From: Azolla caroliniana | Taxonomy: Eukaryota; Plantae; Polypodiophyta | DNA: 64,000 nucleotides | Assembly (NCBI GenBank): GCA_043228905.1 | Contig: JBHGNT010000139.1 | Coordinates: 1 to 64,000, forward strand | Direction of reading: 5' to 3' | In this document: piece after piece, positions 63,960 to 64,000 of the stretch | Numbering within the stretch: the first letter of the stretch is position 1 | Layout of the letters: each line of letters opens with the position of its first letter | Translations under genes and position numbers: made by a program | The notes under the pieces: generated by a model | What the model saw: the letters and a program-made list of their open reading frames with translations, nothing else | The model's database searches: none | Told to the model about the DNA's origin: nothing

Positions 63960-64000
63960 AACGACCTACATTCTGTCATACGCAGGAGAAGAACAGAACT
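63713..64000 (+). mobile_element. Start of the duplicate copia B 5' LTR (cut by window end)
   Basis: Identical to 47893-48180. Confidence 0.85.

Larger units (their letters stand above)
52158..64000. repeat. Segmental tandem duplication, copy 2 (continues beyond window)
   Basis: Matches 36336-48180. Differences spotted by eye: one 2-bp (TC) indel and 3 transitions (41854/57674, 46720/62540, 47709/63529). Confidence 0.97.

Overview
Eukaryotic nuclear DNA from a land plant, probably a seed-free plant such as a fern (inferred from the intron-rich genes, (CT)n tracts and TE types; not proven). The first 32 kb hold four spliced genes that I assembled by hand: mitochondrial complex I subunit NDUFB8/ASHI (+, 4 exons, with a decayed antisense copia and a nested solo LTR in intron 2), an alpha/beta-hydrolase of the At2g44970 type (+, 9 exons), an isobutyryl-CoA dehydrogenase/ACAD8-type acyl-CoA dehydrogenase (+, 13 exons) and histone H2A.X (-, 2 exons, SQEF tail). 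From 32.3 kb onward is a retrotransposon nest: a LINE, a minus-strand Ty3/gypsy, a full-length copia with TSD inside the gypsy, and a young copia with an intact 1098-aa ORF. A 15,822-bp block (36336-52157) is tandemly duplicated at about 99.97% identity and the copy runs off the window end. The most unusual observations are: (i) a 4-unit tandem array of the ACAD8 5' leader plus start codon, giving three decoy ATG/uORFs before the real start; (ii) an intact ACAD8-type gene in a plant; (iii) perfect heat-shock elements around the H2A.X start; (iv) the very recent duplication whose junction cuts an intact copia ORF; (v) a ~450-bp foldback; (vi) apparent (CT)n-associated LINE 3' ends. No tRNA, rRNA or CRISPR was seen.
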